From an uncultured delta proteobacterium (lineage in GTDB: Bacteria; Desulfobacterota; Desulfobaccia; Desulfobaccales; 0-14-0-80-60-11): a stretch of DNA of 64,000 nt. Each line of letters begins with the position of its first letter. The first letter of the stretch is position 1. The stretch spans positions 238,278-302,277 of the forward strand of contig CAWIDL010000032.1 in NCBI GenBank assembly GCA_963834795.1, given 5' to 3'. Below are positions 29,239-38,889 of this stretch, in pieces. A program made the position numbers and the translations under genes. The notes under the pieces were generated by a model, which was not told the DNA's origin, made no database searches, and was given only the letters and a program-made list of their open reading frames with translations.

Positions 29239-29679
29239 ATGTATAAAGTGCTGGCTGCAATGCATATGGAAATGAATGAAGGGTGGGCTTGGGTTACCAA
29301 TGAGGGTTTTCCTCCTCGGTCGGTCATTAAGATCAAAAACAAAAACAATAGAAAAGTAGTGTATTGCGAGTATCTCGAAATAGATCCTAACTTTCGGGAG
29401 GTGTACAATAATACGTCAAAAAGGGAGAAGATTGACCTTGGAGAAAAAACCATAGTGTTAAACGGCTGGTATAGAAAAAGACTCGGGGGAATAAGCACCA
29501 AATCAAACTATGATCTTAAAATTACTCAAGCAAATGGCTGGTGGGGTAGATTTCGGGTATGTACAGATCATCCACAGGTAGTGGTCCGCTTTTCTATAAA
29601 GTTGGCAGTTATCAGTGTCGGTCTTGCAGCATTGAGTGTTTGCCTTGCAGTACTTAGCATTTGGATGGTATCCAAATGA
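29239..29679 (+). CDS. Hypothetical membrane-anchored protein (146 aa)
   Basis: AT-rich ORF with an SD (gagg) and a C-terminal TM helix LAVISVGLAALSVCLAVLSIWMV. The N-terminal ~100 aa are faintly beta-barrel-like (..VIKIKNK..IVLNGWYRKRLG..). No family assigned. Confidence 0.45.
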   Translation: MYKVLAAMHMEMNEGWAWVTNEGFPPRSVIKIKNKNNRKVVYCEYLEIDPNFREVYNNTSKREKIDLGEKTIVLNGWYRKRLGGISTKSNYDLKITQANGWWGRFRVCTDHPQVVVRFSIKLAVISVGLAALSVCLAVLSIWMVSK

Positions 29680-29762
29680 AACGCGGATTTTTTAAGGTCA
29701 TGATGCTTCGGTCAGAATGAAAATTCTGCCTGTTTCGGGGTTTTCCCATACCTGCTAAAGCC

Positions 29763-31400
29763 TCACTCCCACAACCCCCCCGCCTTTTCAGGTTCCCCCT
29801 TGCCCAAATCCGTCCGGCCGGCCAAACTAAAAAAAAACTCCACCTGGTTCTCCAGGCGGGCGATGAGGGGAGGCAAGCTCCCCGGATCGATGGCCGAGAT
29901 GGCCACCCCGTGATGGATACGGCATTGCGCCCCGGCCAGATTGCGGTCCACCCGGTCGGCTTTGTTAAAGACCGTAAGGAGGGGCTTGTCCTGCAGATTA
30001 AGGGAGCCCAGGATGTCCTCCACCGCGGCCATCTGCTCCACGAAGCGGGGATTGCTCAGGTCCACCACGTGGATGAGGAGGTCGGCCTCCGCCAATTCCT
30101 CCAGGGTGGCCTTAAAGGCTTCCAGCAGGTTCTTGGGCAGGTTTTTGATGAAGCCCACGGTGTCGGTGATAATCACTTCCCGCTCCCGGGGAAAGCGCAG
30201 GCGGCGGCTGGTGGGGTCCAGGGTGGCGAACAGGCGGTCCTCGGAGAGCACTCCGGCGCGGGTCAAGGCATTGAACAGGGTGGATTTGCCGGCGTTGGTG
30301 TAGCCGATGATGGAGAGAATCGGCAGGCCCTGGCGCCGCCGGGACTGGCGCCGCTCCCGGCGTTCCGCCCCCACCCCGGCCAGTTCCTGGCGCAGCCGGT
30401 GCAGGCGGTCCCTGAGGCGGCGGCGGTCCATTTCCAGCTTGCTCTCCCCCGGACCCCGGCCGCCGATGCCCCCCATCAGGCGGGAGAGGGCGTCTCCTTT
30501 GCCCACCAGGCGGGGCAGCAGGTAGTTCACCTGGGCCATCTCCACCTGGAGCTTGCCTTCCCGGCTGCGGGCTCGCTGGGCGAAGAGATCCAGGATCAGT
30601 TGGGTGCGGTCCAGAACCTTGAGTTCGGTGAAGTCCGTGATGGAGCGCACCTGGGAAGGGCTCAGCTCGGCGTCGAACACCAGCAGGTCCGCACCCTGTT
30701 GCAAGGCCTGGATGACCAGTTCTGAAAGACGGCCCTTGCCCATGAGAAAGCGGGGATCGAAGCGCGACCGGCGCTGGATGAGGGTGGCCGCCACCTCCAG
30801 GCCCGCGGACCTGGCCAGCTCGCAGAGTTCCTCCATGGAGTCTTCCGCGGCCGCCCGGTTATTGCCGGTGACCCCGATCAAGATGCCCCGCTCCCGGCCC
30901 CTCCCCTCCTCCCCGGCCGTCTCCACCTGTGCCAGTTCTTCCTCCAGGGAAGCCACCAGGGCGGCAAAATCGAGGCTCAAGGCCCCGGGGTGCGAGGCCT
31001 CGATAATCCCCCAGTTATGCCCGTCCAGGGGCCGAGGCAAGAGGTGGGCCACCTGAATAGCCCCCGCCTGCCCATCGGCACCGGCGGTAACCGCGGCCAC
31101 CGCGTCCAGGCGCAGCAAGGCCAGGTCCATCAAGTCGTCTCGGGTCAGGATGCTGGAGTCCAGGTGGGTATGGATCAGGCGGAGGCCCTTGAGGCGGCCC
31201 TTAGCGCCGCGCTCCCGGGGCAGGGGGGGAATAACCAGGCCCTTGGCGTCCCCCACCAGGACGTGGCTCACCACGCCCTGGCGATCCAGGAGCACCCCTA
31301 CCTGCCGGTGCAGGGAGCGGGAGATTTCTGCCAGTTGCCTGGCCAGCTCCGGGGTGAGAAGCAAGGCCAGCGGCACCTTGCGGCGGTAGAGCCGCTCCAA
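29763..31400 (-). CDS. hflX: GTPase HflX (long form with ~115-aa N-terminal extension)
   Basis: ..GKLQVEMAQVNYLLPRL.., the P-loop GYTNAGKSTLFNALT, ..DTVGF.. and ..NKAD.. Confidence 0.9.
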   Translation of the reverse strand: MERLYRRKVPLALLLTPELARQLAEISRSLHRQVGVLLDRQGVVSHVLVGDAKGLVIPPLPRERGAKGRLKGLRLIHTHLDSSILTRDDLMDLALLRLDAVAAVTAGADGQAGAIQVAHLLPRPLDGHNWGIIEASHPGALSLDFAALVASLEEELAQVETAGEEGRGRERGILIGVTGNNRAAAEDSMEELCELARSAGLEVAATLIQRRSRFDPRFLMGKGRLSELVIQALQQGADLLVFDAELSPSQVRSITDFTELKVLDRTQLILDLFAQRARSREGKLQVEMAQVNYLLPRLVGKGDALSRLMGGIGGRGPGESKLEMDRRRLRDRLHRLRQELAGVGAERRERRQSRRRQGLPILSIIGYTNAGKSTLFNALTRAGVLSEDRLFATLDPTSRRLRFPREREVIITDTVGFIKNLPKNLLEAFKATLEELAEADLLIHVVDLSNPRFVEQMAAVEDILGSLNLQDKPLLTVFNKADRVDRNLAGAQCRIHHGVAISAIDPGSLPPLIARLENQVEFFFSLAGRTDLGKGEPEKAGGLWE

Positions 31401-31476
31401 TTGGCGATACTGGTGGGATTTTAATCCCGTCAGGTTGCCAAACGGGCGATGGATACGAACCTCCGGGTTTTGAGTT

Positions 31477-31523
31477 GTAGGGGCGACAGTGGCACAGGCT
31501 TCCAGCCTGTGATGGGGTCGCCC
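31477..31523 (+). repeat. Two-tier hairpin repeat (family A), copy 2
   Basis: gtaggggcgacagtggcacaggcttccagcctgtgatggggtcgccc, flanked by gttttgagtt / agtttcgagtttcgag heptamer words as in copy 1. Confidence 0.85.
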
Positions 31524-31789
31524 AGTTTCGAGTTTCGAGAAAAAACCACCTCGGGCCGGGAACAGAACTAATTTTCCTGGAGGCAGCTATTTTTTTTATT
31601 TTAACCTTTTTCCTGGAAAAGATGAACTCCTCCCCTTCATCTCACTTGCGAACTTAAAACTCGAAACCCAAAACTCAAAACTTATTAACGGGAGCATGAA
31701 AGGGGTTCCAGCTTTATCCCCTCTCCCCCGATGGGGGAGAGGGTTAGGGTGAGGGGGAATTTAATCTCTTTTCCGCTCCCATTAATAAC

Positions 31790-32386
31790 TCAGACAAGAC
31801 CGTTTCCCCGGGCCAGCAGCGCCCCCTGCACCCGGCGGTATAAATCCTCATCCCTTTGCCACGATTGACGGAGTTTCCGGGCCAGGCCTTGCCGGGATGC
31901 TTCATTGCCGACCAGGGGCAGGTTGGCGCCCGCGATGTGATGGGCCCCCCGGAGGGCCGCCCCCAGAAATTCGCAACCCACCAGGAGGTCGGAGAGCAGG
32001 TGCCACCGGCAGCGTTCCCCGGCCCAGGCCAGCAGTTTCAGGACCTCCGCGGCTTGCCGGGCGATCTCTTCGGGACAGCTCACCGCTTCCTGCGCCGCGT
32101 CCGTAAGGCGCTGGGCGTCTCCCGCGACCCGGGCCGCCGTCAGCCGGGAATAGGCCTGAACATCCCGCTCCTGGAGCTCTCGCAGGAGTTCCGCCAGCCG
32201 CCGCAGCCGGGCCAGCGTTTCTTCCCAGGCGAGCCCCTGATAACCCTTGGGGTTCACTGGACGTTGGCCTTCCAGGCACACCACCTTTTCCAGCAACGCC
32301 AGGCCTAACCTGGCCCCAAAGGCGGCGGCCGCACCGCCTCCCGGGTTGGGCTGCGCCTTGGCCAGCTCTTTCAGGAATGAGTTCAT
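31790..32386 (-). CDS. Cyclodeaminase/cyclohydrolase-family protein (FTCD C-terminal-like)
   Basis: MNSFLKELAKAQPNPGGGAAAAFGARLGLAL.. is the FTCD_C signature (PxPGGGS/A). The track ORF start (32596) runs through heptamer repeats, so the start is trimmed to 32386. Confidence 0.7.
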   Translation of the reverse strand: MNSFLKELAKAQPNPGGGAAAAFGARLGLALLEKVVCLEGQRPVNPKGYQGLAWEETLARLRRLAELLRELQERDVQAYSRLTAARVAGDAQRLTDAAQEAVSCPEEIARQAAEVLKLLAWAGERCRWHLLSDLLVGCEFLGAALRGAHHIAGANLPLVGNEASRQGLARKLRQSWQRDEDLYRRVQGALLARGNGLV

Positions 32387-32764
32387 CTCACCCTCGCTGA
32401 GGGGAAACCACCCCGAGAAGCTGAGTATCACCTTTATGGCGCCGGGCCAAGAAAAATTTTCTGAAAACTCGAAACTCAAAACTCGAAACTTGAAACTGAA
32501 AAGGCCTCCAGCCCCTGGCAGGCTGAGATCCCACTCAGTTAATGCATGCCGGTGAGCGCCATCCCCAGTCCCTTTTGGTAATTTGGGGGCGGCCAAGCCG
32601 GGGCCGCTTAACCTTTAACCTTGAACCTTGAACTAATGTCTTAGCGCAGGGCTTCCCCCGCTGACCTTGCAAACCTGGGCATACATGGATATAATTTAGT
32701 TAACTATGGATATCTGCCTTTAACTCTAATCTTTAAAATTTATTTGATTCCGACCCTCAAAGAT

Positions 32765-34516
32765 ATGGAAAAGATCCCGGATCCCAAAGAACTGGAAAAG
32801 GAGCTGAGCGACTACCTTTCCAAAAAATATGGCAGCCGCATCCAGGTCCTGGCCCCCCAACTCATCACCAAACCCCGGGTGGACGGGGAAGACAAGGGCA
32901 AGGGGGACCCGATCGGCAAGATCGATTTTGACCTGAAGCCCGAAGAGATGGAAGCCTACCTGGACGGATACGTCATCAAACAGGGCCTCGCCAAGAGCAT
33001 CCTGGCTACCAAGGTCTGCACCCACTTCAATCGCATCCGCCATTCCCTGGAACAGGGGCGGGAACCGGAACCGGGGGTGGGCTCCATCAAGAATAACATC
33101 ATCCTCATCGGCCCCACCGGGGTGGGCAAGACCTACCTGGTGAAACTCATTGCCAAAAAGATCGGGGTTCCCTTCATCAAAGGAGATGCCACCAAATTCT
33201 CCGAGACCGGCTATGTGGGCGGTGACGTGGAAGACCTGGTGCGGGACCTGGTATGCGCCGCCGGCGACGACCTGAAACTGGCTCAATACGGCATCATTTA
33301 TATTGACGAAATCGACAAGATTGCCTCCGCCGCGCACACCTGGGGCGGGCCGGATGTCTCCCGCACCGGGGTGCAGCGGGCCTTGCTGAAGCCCATGGAG
33401 GAGACCGAGGTGGATCTGAAGGTGGCCCACGACCCGGTGTCCCAGATCCAGGCCATCGAACACTACCGCCGCACCGGCAAGAAGGAGAAGCGCACCCTCA
33501 ATACCCGTCACATCCTCTTCATTGTCAGCGGCGCCTTCAACGGCCTGGATAAGATTGTCAAGGAGCGCCTCAGTAAGAAAAAGATCGGCTTCCATGGCAA
33601 GATGGCCACCCGGGAGGAAGAGCGGGCCTTCCTGAAGCAGGTCACCGCCGAAGACCTGATTCAATACGGGTTCGAGTCGGAGTTCGTTGGCCGTCTGCCG
33701 GTGGTGGCTGTGTTGGAGCAGCTCACCGCCGGGGACCTCTACGAAATCCTGCGCAACCCCAATAACCCCATCCTTATCAGCAAGAAACGGGATTTTTGGG
33801 CCTATGGGATTGACATCAGATTCGAGGACGAAGCTCTGCGCCTGCTGGCGAACCAGGCGGCCCTGGAAAAGACCGGGGCCCGGGGTTTGGTGAGCGTCAT
33901 TGAGCGGGTCCTCCTCCAGTTCGAAAAGCGACTGCCCTCCACAGACATCAAAGAACTGCTGGTCACCCCGGAATTGGTGGGGGAATCCCAGGAAGAGCTG
34001 GAGAGGCTCATCGCCAATCCGGGTGATCCGGAGATCCGCAAGCGCTTCCAGAAAGCGGCCCGGGCCGAACGGGACCTCCTCAAGAAATTCATCTGGCGTC
34101 GGGAAGAGGATTTACGGGGGCGCTACCGGCTGCCCCTCAGTGACCAGCGGGTGGAGTTGCTGGTGGACCATTACCATCAGTGGGACTGCGACCTGAAGAC
34201 CTGCTTCCAGGAGATGGGCCGTCTCCATGACCAGGTGCGGGTCTTCGAGGACCGCTTCTTTGACGAGCACGCCATCCAGCTCCATTTCGATGAAGAGGCG
34301 GTGGATGAAATCCTGCGCCGGGCTCTGGAGGGCGGCATTTCCGCCTTAGCCGTCTGCGACCGTCTCTCCGAGGAATTGTCCTACGCCCTGAAACTGGTTC
34401 GGGACCGCACTTCCCGGGACCACTTCATCTTGACCCGGGAAGCCCTGGCCGATCTCGACTCCTATCTCAATCGGCTGATCCGGGATCATTACCAGACGAC
34501 CCGCTTTCGGGAATAA
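32765..34516 (+). CDS. ClpX-like AAA+ unfoldase paralogue lacking the zinc-binding domain, with ~190-aa C-terminal extension
   Basis: ..YLDGYVIKQGLAKSILATKVCTHFNRI.., Walker A GPTGVGKT, pore-1 loop TGYVGGDVE, Walker B IIYIDEIDK, an IGF tripeptide (KKKIGFHG) and sensor ..ARGLVSVIERVLL.. No N-terminal Cys cluster. Confidence 0.8.
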   Translation: MEKIPDPKELEKELSDYLSKKYGSRIQVLAPQLITKPRVDGEDKGKGDPIGKIDFDLKPEEMEAYLDGYVIKQGLAKSILATKVCTHFNRIRHSLEQGREPEPGVGSIKNNIILIGPTGVGKTYLVKLIAKKIGVPFIKGDATKFSETGYVGGDVEDLVRDLVCAAGDDLKLAQYGIIYIDEIDKIASAAHTWGGPDVSRTGVQRALLKPMEETEVDLKVAHDPVSQIQAIEHYRRTGKKEKRTLNTRHILFIVSGAFNGLDKIVKERLSKKKIGFHGKMATREEERAFLKQVTAEDLIQYGFESEFVGRLPVVAVLEQLTAGDLYEILRNPNNPILISKKRDFWAYGIDIRFEDEALRLLANQAALEKTGARGLVSVIERVLLQFEKRLPSTDIKELLVTPELVGESQEELERLIANPGDPEIRKRFQKAARAERDLLKKFIWRREEDLRGRYRLPLSDQRVELLVDHYHQWDCDLKTCFQEMGRLHDQVRVFEDRFFDEHAIQLHFDEEAVDEILRRALEGGISALAVCDRLSEELSYALKLVRDRTSRDHFILTREALADLDSYLNRLIRDHYQTTRFRE

Positions 34517-34525
34517 CCCCAGGAC

Positions 34526-35713
34526 ATGGTAGGAGTCTCCAAACTCTATTGCGGCGCGGTGGAAGCCGGCGACCTCCTGCGTTATCAGGGCCGCCAGGCC
34601 CAAGAGCTGCCGTCCCACCTTTTGCAGTTCTCGGCGGATAAAAAGCCGGTGGTGGTCTGGAATGTCACCAGGCGCTGCAACCTCAAATGCCTCCACTGTT
34701 ACGCCCAGGCCACCGCCGGCCCGGCCCAGGATGAGCTGAGCCATCAAGCAGCCCTGGATTTGCTCCGGGACCTGAAGGACTTCGGGGCGCCGGTGGTCCT
34801 GTTTTCCGGGGGTGAGCCCCTGTTGCGGCCGGACCTCTTTGAGCTGGTGGACCGGGCCGTGGCCCACGGCATGCGGGCGGTGATCTCCACCAACGGCACC
34901 CTGATCAGCCGGGACCTGGCCTGGCGCCTGAAAGACCTGGGCCTCTCCTACGTAGGCATCAGCCTGGACGGCGCCGCGGAGGTCCATGACCGCTTTCGGG
35001 GCGAGTCCGGCTCCTTTGCCGCGGCCATGGCCGGGGTGCGCCACTGCCGGGAGATGGGCCTCAAGGTGGGGCTGCGCTTCACCCTCAGCCGCCTCAATTA
35101 CCGGGAAGTGCCGGCCATTTTCGACCTGGTGGAGGAATACCAGCTTCCCCGCATCTGCTTCTATCACCTGGTCTATGCCGGCCGCGGCACCAAGCTGGTG
35201 GCCGAGGCCTTGAGCCACCCCCAGACCCGGGAGCTGTTGGACCTGATCTGCGCCCGCACCCGCCGGATCTTCGACGCCGGCCGCGCCGCCGAGGTGCTCA
35301 CGGTGGACAACCATGCCGACGGCCCTTATATCTACCTGAAGCTGCTTAAGGAAGACCCGCGCAGGGCCGCGGAGGTCCTGGAATTGCTCAAAATGAACGA
35401 AGGGAACAATTCCGGTCGGGGGATCGGCTGCGTCAGTTGGGACGGGGAGGTGCACGCCGACCAGTTCTGGCGCCACTATAGCTTCGGCAACGTGCAGCGC
35501 CGCCCCTTCGGCGAGATCTGGACCGACCTGACGAATCCTCTCATGGCCCGGCTCAAGGACAAAAAGCGCTATGTGGGCGGGCGCTGCGCCCGCTGCCGCT
35601 GGTTGGAGGTCTGCGCCGGCAACTTCCGGGTCCGGGCCGAGGCCCTGAGCGGCGACCTCTGGGACCCTGATCCCGCCTGTTACCTGACGGATGAGGAAAT
35701 CGGGATGAATTGA
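34526..35713 (+). CDS. Radical SAM/SPASM protein, NirJ/AhbC/AhbD family (alternative haem biosynthesis-like)
   Basis: ..VVWNVTRRCNLKCLHCY.. (CxxxCxxC). The C-terminal Cys-rich region ..GIGCVSWDG..GGRCARCRWLEVCAGNFR.. is typical of SPASM domains in NirJ/Ahb enzymes. The precise member cannot be decided by eye. Confidence 0.7.
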   Translation: MVGVSKLYCGAVEAGDLLRYQGRQAQELPSHLLQFSADKKPVVVWNVTRRCNLKCLHCYAQATAGPAQDELSHQAALDLLRDLKDFGAPVVLFSGGEPLLRPDLFELVDRAVAHGMRAVISTNGTLISRDLAWRLKDLGLSYVGISLDGAAEVHDRFRGESGSFAAAMAGVRHCREMGLKVGLRFTLSRLNYREVPAIFDLVEEYQLPRICFYHLVYAGRGTKLVAEALSHPQTRELLDLICARTRRIFDAGRAAEVLTVDNHADGPYIYLKLLKEDPRRAAEVLELLKMNEGNNSGRGIGCVSWDGEVHADQFWRHYSFGNVQRRPFGEIWTDLTNPLMARLKDKKRYVGGRCARCRWLEVCAGNFRVRAEALSGDLWDPDPACYLTDEEIGMN

Positions 35714-35750
35714 ATTTTTTTAGGGGCAGCCAATCCTCAAAAAATAATCA

Positions 35751-35805
35751 GGGGCGGCAGTGGCACAGGCTTCCAGCCTGTGATTGGCTCGCCCCTGGTT
35801 TTCAG
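35751..35805 (+). repeat. Two-tier hairpin repeat (family A), copy 3
   Basis: ggggcggcagtggcacaggcttccagcctgtgattggctcgcccc. The track ORF 35710..35982 is merely its translation (..WHRLPACD..). Confidence 0.8.
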
Positions 35806-35913
35806 AAAGCGGATGATTATTTCTTTAACTACCTTAACTCCTGCAAGATAATCTGCAACGCCTCGTCTCACCTCGTTGATTTCTTCCCGGCGCGGTCGCC
35901 TTCCAGGCTGGCT

Positions 35914-36159
35914 CTACTCTTCCACGGCGATGTCTTCCACGGCGATGGCTGCGTCGATTTTGCTGACATTGATGGCTTGTAGTCCTTTGGGGCCTTCGCT
36001 TACCTCGAATTCCACCCGGTCGTCCTCCTTCAAGGTGCGGAAGCCGGAGCCCGCAATATTGGTGTAGTGTACGAACAGGTCGGGGCCGTCCTCGCGTTTG
36101 ATGAAACCGTAGCCTTTGGCTTCGTTGAACCACTTGACCGTACCGTTATTGATCGCCAT
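35914..36159 (-). CDS. cspA: Cold-shock protein (CspA family) with short acidic C-terminal tail
   Basis: [24 protein letters not shown].. are the RNP1/RNP2 motifs. Confidence 0.9.
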   Translation of the reverse strand: MAINNGTVKWFNEAKGYGFIKREDGPDLFVHYTNIAGSGFRTLKEDDRVEFEVSEGPKGLQAINVSKIDAAIAVEDIAVEE

Positions 36160-36469
36160 TCCTCACTCCTTTTAACCCTGGTTCCTTTGCCGGCAGCGGC
36201 CAGGGGGACGCAGGCCCAAAAAAAACGGCCGGCCCCCGCCATACCGTCATTATCTTAACTTTGTCGCCCCGAGCACCGCATTTACGCCTGATTATAGGAT
36301 GGCAATCTCGCTAGCACACACCCGGGTTGACTGTCAAGAAAATTCTTTCAGGAGATTCTTGACATCGTGGGGCCGCCGCGCTAAAAGCTCAGGCCGCCCC
36401 GGAGGCAGCTCCGGTGTTCCCCAACTCGCCCTGGAAAAAAAGCCAAACCGGGGCACGCCCCCCCTCTCA

Positions 36470-37435
36470 TCAGGAATGATCCAGAGGGATGTCCAAGAGA
36501 ATCCTGAGGTGGTCCTCGACGCACTCCTCCAGAACCTCCAGGTTATAGCCGCCTTCCAGCACCGTGATCAGCCGGCCTCCGGCGCTTTCCTGGGCCAGAT
36601 CCAGCACCAGGCGGGTCATCTCCCGGTAGCCGCTCCGGGTCAGGTGCATATTAGCCAGGGGATCCTTGGAGTGAGCGTCGAAGCCCGCGGAAATCATCAC
36701 AAACTGCGGGGCAAATTGCCGCAGGCGGGGCAGCCCCTCGTTCTGCAAGGCCTCCAGATATTCCTCATCGCCGCTGCGGGGCGGAAAGGGCAGGTTCAGG
36801 GTGAAGCCCTTACCCGGACCCTTGCCCTCCTCCCGGTGATAGCCGGTGCCGGGGTAGCAGTACTGCGGGTCCTCGTGCAGCGACAGGTAAAAGACCCGGG
36901 GGTCGGCCTCGAAGAGGTGCTGGGTGCCGTTGCCGTGGTGCACGTCCCAATCGACGATGGCCACCCGCTCCAGGCCGAAGTTTTCCAGGAGATAGACGGC
37001 GCCCAGGGCCACGTTGTTGAAAAAGCAAAAGCCCATGGCCCGGTCCCGCTCGGCATGGTGCCCCGGCGGCCGCACCGCGCAAAAGGCATTATCGGCCTTA
37101 TCTCCCATGATGGCATCCGCCGCGGCCATCACCCCGCCCGCGGCCAGCAGGGCGATCTCGTAGGATTCCGGGCTGATGCCGCAGTCCTGCACCTCAAAGA
37201 TTTGTTCACCCCGCTGGCAGGCATCTTGGAACCGCAGGATATAATCCGGATCATGCAGGCGCTCCACCCAGGCCAGGGGGGCGGGGTAAGGTTTGAGCTG
37301 GATCAGCAATTCCAGAACCCCGCTACCCTTGAGGCTGGCCTGGATGGCCTTTAGCCGGTCGGGCCGTTCCGGATGCCACGACCCTGGATCGTGCAACAGG
37401 TAGCGGTCGTCATAAACGTAGCCGGTGCGGCGCAT
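36470..37435 (-). CDS. Histone deacetylase-family (AcuC/Aph-like) deacetylase
   Basis: ..HPERPDRL.., ..FCAVRPPGHHAE.., ..VAIVDWDVHHGNGTQ.. and ..SAGFDAH.. are the class I/II HDAC catalytic motifs. Confidence 0.85.
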   Translation of the reverse strand: MRRTGYVYDDRYLLHDPGSWHPERPDRLKAIQASLKGSGVLELLIQLKPYPAPLAWVERLHDPDYILRFQDACQRGEQIFEVQDCGISPESYEIALLAAGGVMAAADAIMGDKADNAFCAVRPPGHHAERDRAMGFCFFNNVALGAVYLLENFGLERVAIVDWDVHHGNGTQHLFEADPRVFYLSLHEDPQYCYPGTGYHREEGKGPGKGFTLNLPFPPRSGDEEYLEALQNEGLPRLRQFAPQFVMISAGFDAHSKDPLANMHLTRSGYREMTRLVLDLAQESAGGRLITVLEGGYNLEVLEECVEDHLRILLDIPLDHS

Positions 37436-37621
37436 GTTCTCTCCTGGCTGACTGAACTGCCGATGATTATCTTAAAAAATATCCTCAGGGCATTAGGCTT
37501 GTAAAGGATTTTTCGGCGGAAAACGGGATTCTGCGGACCAATAATTTGGGAAAGGCGAAAGGGGCAAGCGGCTCGCCGCGGCGGCGATCTCCTCCGCCTA
37601 CCCCTCCACCGCCACCCCTGG

Positions 37622-38200
37622 TCAAAGCAGGCGTTGCTCCACCACTTCCCATTTGACATTGTTGAAGAAGGCGGTGAGGTAGTCCGCCCGCTTGATGCCG
37701 TAGTCGGTCATGTAGGCATGCTCGAAGACGTCCAGAATCAGCAAGGGATTTAGGCCCGCCGGATGCCCCACGTCATGTTCATTGATCCACTGGTTGATAA
37801 TCAGACCCGTCTCCGGGTCCTCGTAGCAGACGGCCCAACCGATGCCCCGCATGGAGGCCACCGCCATAAAATCGTTGGCGCAGGAATCCACGGAGCCGAA
37901 CTGGGCCTCCACCCGCTTGGTAAGTTCCGGGGCCTTGGCGGGCTCGCCTTTGCCCCCCAAGTTGCTGAAATAGAGTTCGTGCAGTCGCATGCCGTTGAAT
38001 TCCCACCCCAGGCGCCGCTTTAGTTCGGCAAACTCCGGGGTTCCCTGCTTGCCGTCCTTAAGCAGGGCCGTCAGCAGGTCCAGGACCTTATTGGTGTTGG
38101 TCACATAGCCCTGGTAGAGGGTGAAATGATTCTTGAGCAAGGTGTCACTAAAGCCTTTCATACCCAACAGAAAAGAAAAATCCTTGGCGGTATAGGTCAT
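37622..38200 (-). CDS. sodB: Fe/Mn superoxide dismutase
   Basis: ..HFTLYQGYV.., ..FNGMRLHELYF.. and ..LILDVFEHAYMTDY.. (the DxxEHAYY-type metal site). Start set at MTYTAK, preceded by aaggag. Confidence 0.85.
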   Translation of the reverse strand: MTYTAKDFSFLLGMKGFSDTLLKNHFTLYQGYVTNTNKVLDLLTALLKDGKQGTPEFAELKRRLGWEFNGMRLHELYFSNLGGKGEPAKAPELTKRVEAQFGSVDSCANDFMAVASMRGIGWAVCYEDPETGLIINQWINEHDVGHPAGLNPLLILDVFEHAYMTDYGIKRADYLTAFFNNVKWEVVEQRLL

Positions 38201-38538
38201 GCTGAGCTCCTTTCCGGCCGCCACCTCAAACGAAAAAAACGAAAAAGGCGGCCACCGTCTTTTTCATTAAAGATAGTGACGCCCGGAGGCCTGAGCAAGG
38301 CGGCGCGCAAAATTTCCGGCGCCTTGGGGGAAGGCGCGGGGGATAAATAAGTTTTCGGTTTTCGGTTTGCGGTTAAGAAAACCTCTCATAAGTAGCTTAT
38401 TTTACTGGCCTTTTACCACTGGCCCACGCCAGTCCGCCGCCGGGCGCGCCTGATTCGCCCACCCCGCCGGCCGCCTGGACCCAGCCGCCTTTTCGTTGCC
38501 TGGCCGGTGCTGATGGGGTATATTTCAAACTTACAGGT

Positions 38539-38805
38539 TCATTCCGGGGCTTCTGGTTCCAAGTCTTCCGGGTCCAGCAGACCTTGCTGGAGCAAGGCCC
38601 GTTCCAGTTCGGCCAGCCCCTGCTTGAAGGCCGGATAAAGAGTCACGGCCAGGGAAATCCCTTTGCGGGTGGGGAGCCATTCCCCTTCCTGCTCCCCGGG
38701 GACGTGCACCCGGATATCGATGAGGCGGTGGCCCTTAAACTCGGACAGCGACAGCAAGACGACTTCGCGGGCGTTTTTGGTTATCTTACTAATTACTTCG
38801 GACAT
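38539..38805 (-). CDS. PC4/YdbC-like (transcriptional coactivator p15 family) small ssDNA-binding protein
   Basis: ..REVVLLSLSEFKGHRLIDIRVHV..WLPTRKGISL.. matches the bacterial PC4-like pattern. Assignment is moderate. Confidence 0.5.
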   Translation of the reverse strand: MSEVISKITKNAREVVLLSLSEFKGHRLIDIRVHVPGEQEGEWLPTRKGISLAVTLYPAFKQGLAELERALLQQGLLDPEDLEPEAPE

Positions 38806-38889
38806 GGTTCCCCCTGCGGCTTTCCTGCCAGGAAATTTGCTGGGGATTGACTTCGCTTATCTGATCGACATTGTCAACCCCCTTCTTCG

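Noticed and set aside
32387-32596. N-terminal 70-aa extension of the cyclodeaminase-family ORF.
   Set aside because: The extension is translated from the aactcga/aactcaa heptamer array (..FSFKFRVLSFEFSENF..). The conserved FTCD_C domain starts at MNSFLKEL.
35710-35982. ORFs containing the peptide WHRLPACD (also 52503..53036).
   Set aside because: The shared peptide is the translated family-A hairpin repeat. The rest of each ORF is unrelated and partly antisense to real genes (cspA tail, uvrC).
36325-36375. TGTCAAGA-N17-TCTTGACA inverted repeat between the HDAC-family gene and cspA as a defined operator, terminator or cspA promoter.
   Set aside because: The hexamers resemble a -35 box, but I could not pair them with a -10 at sensible spacing on either strand. 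The 17-nt loop is atypical for a terminator. Noted but not called.
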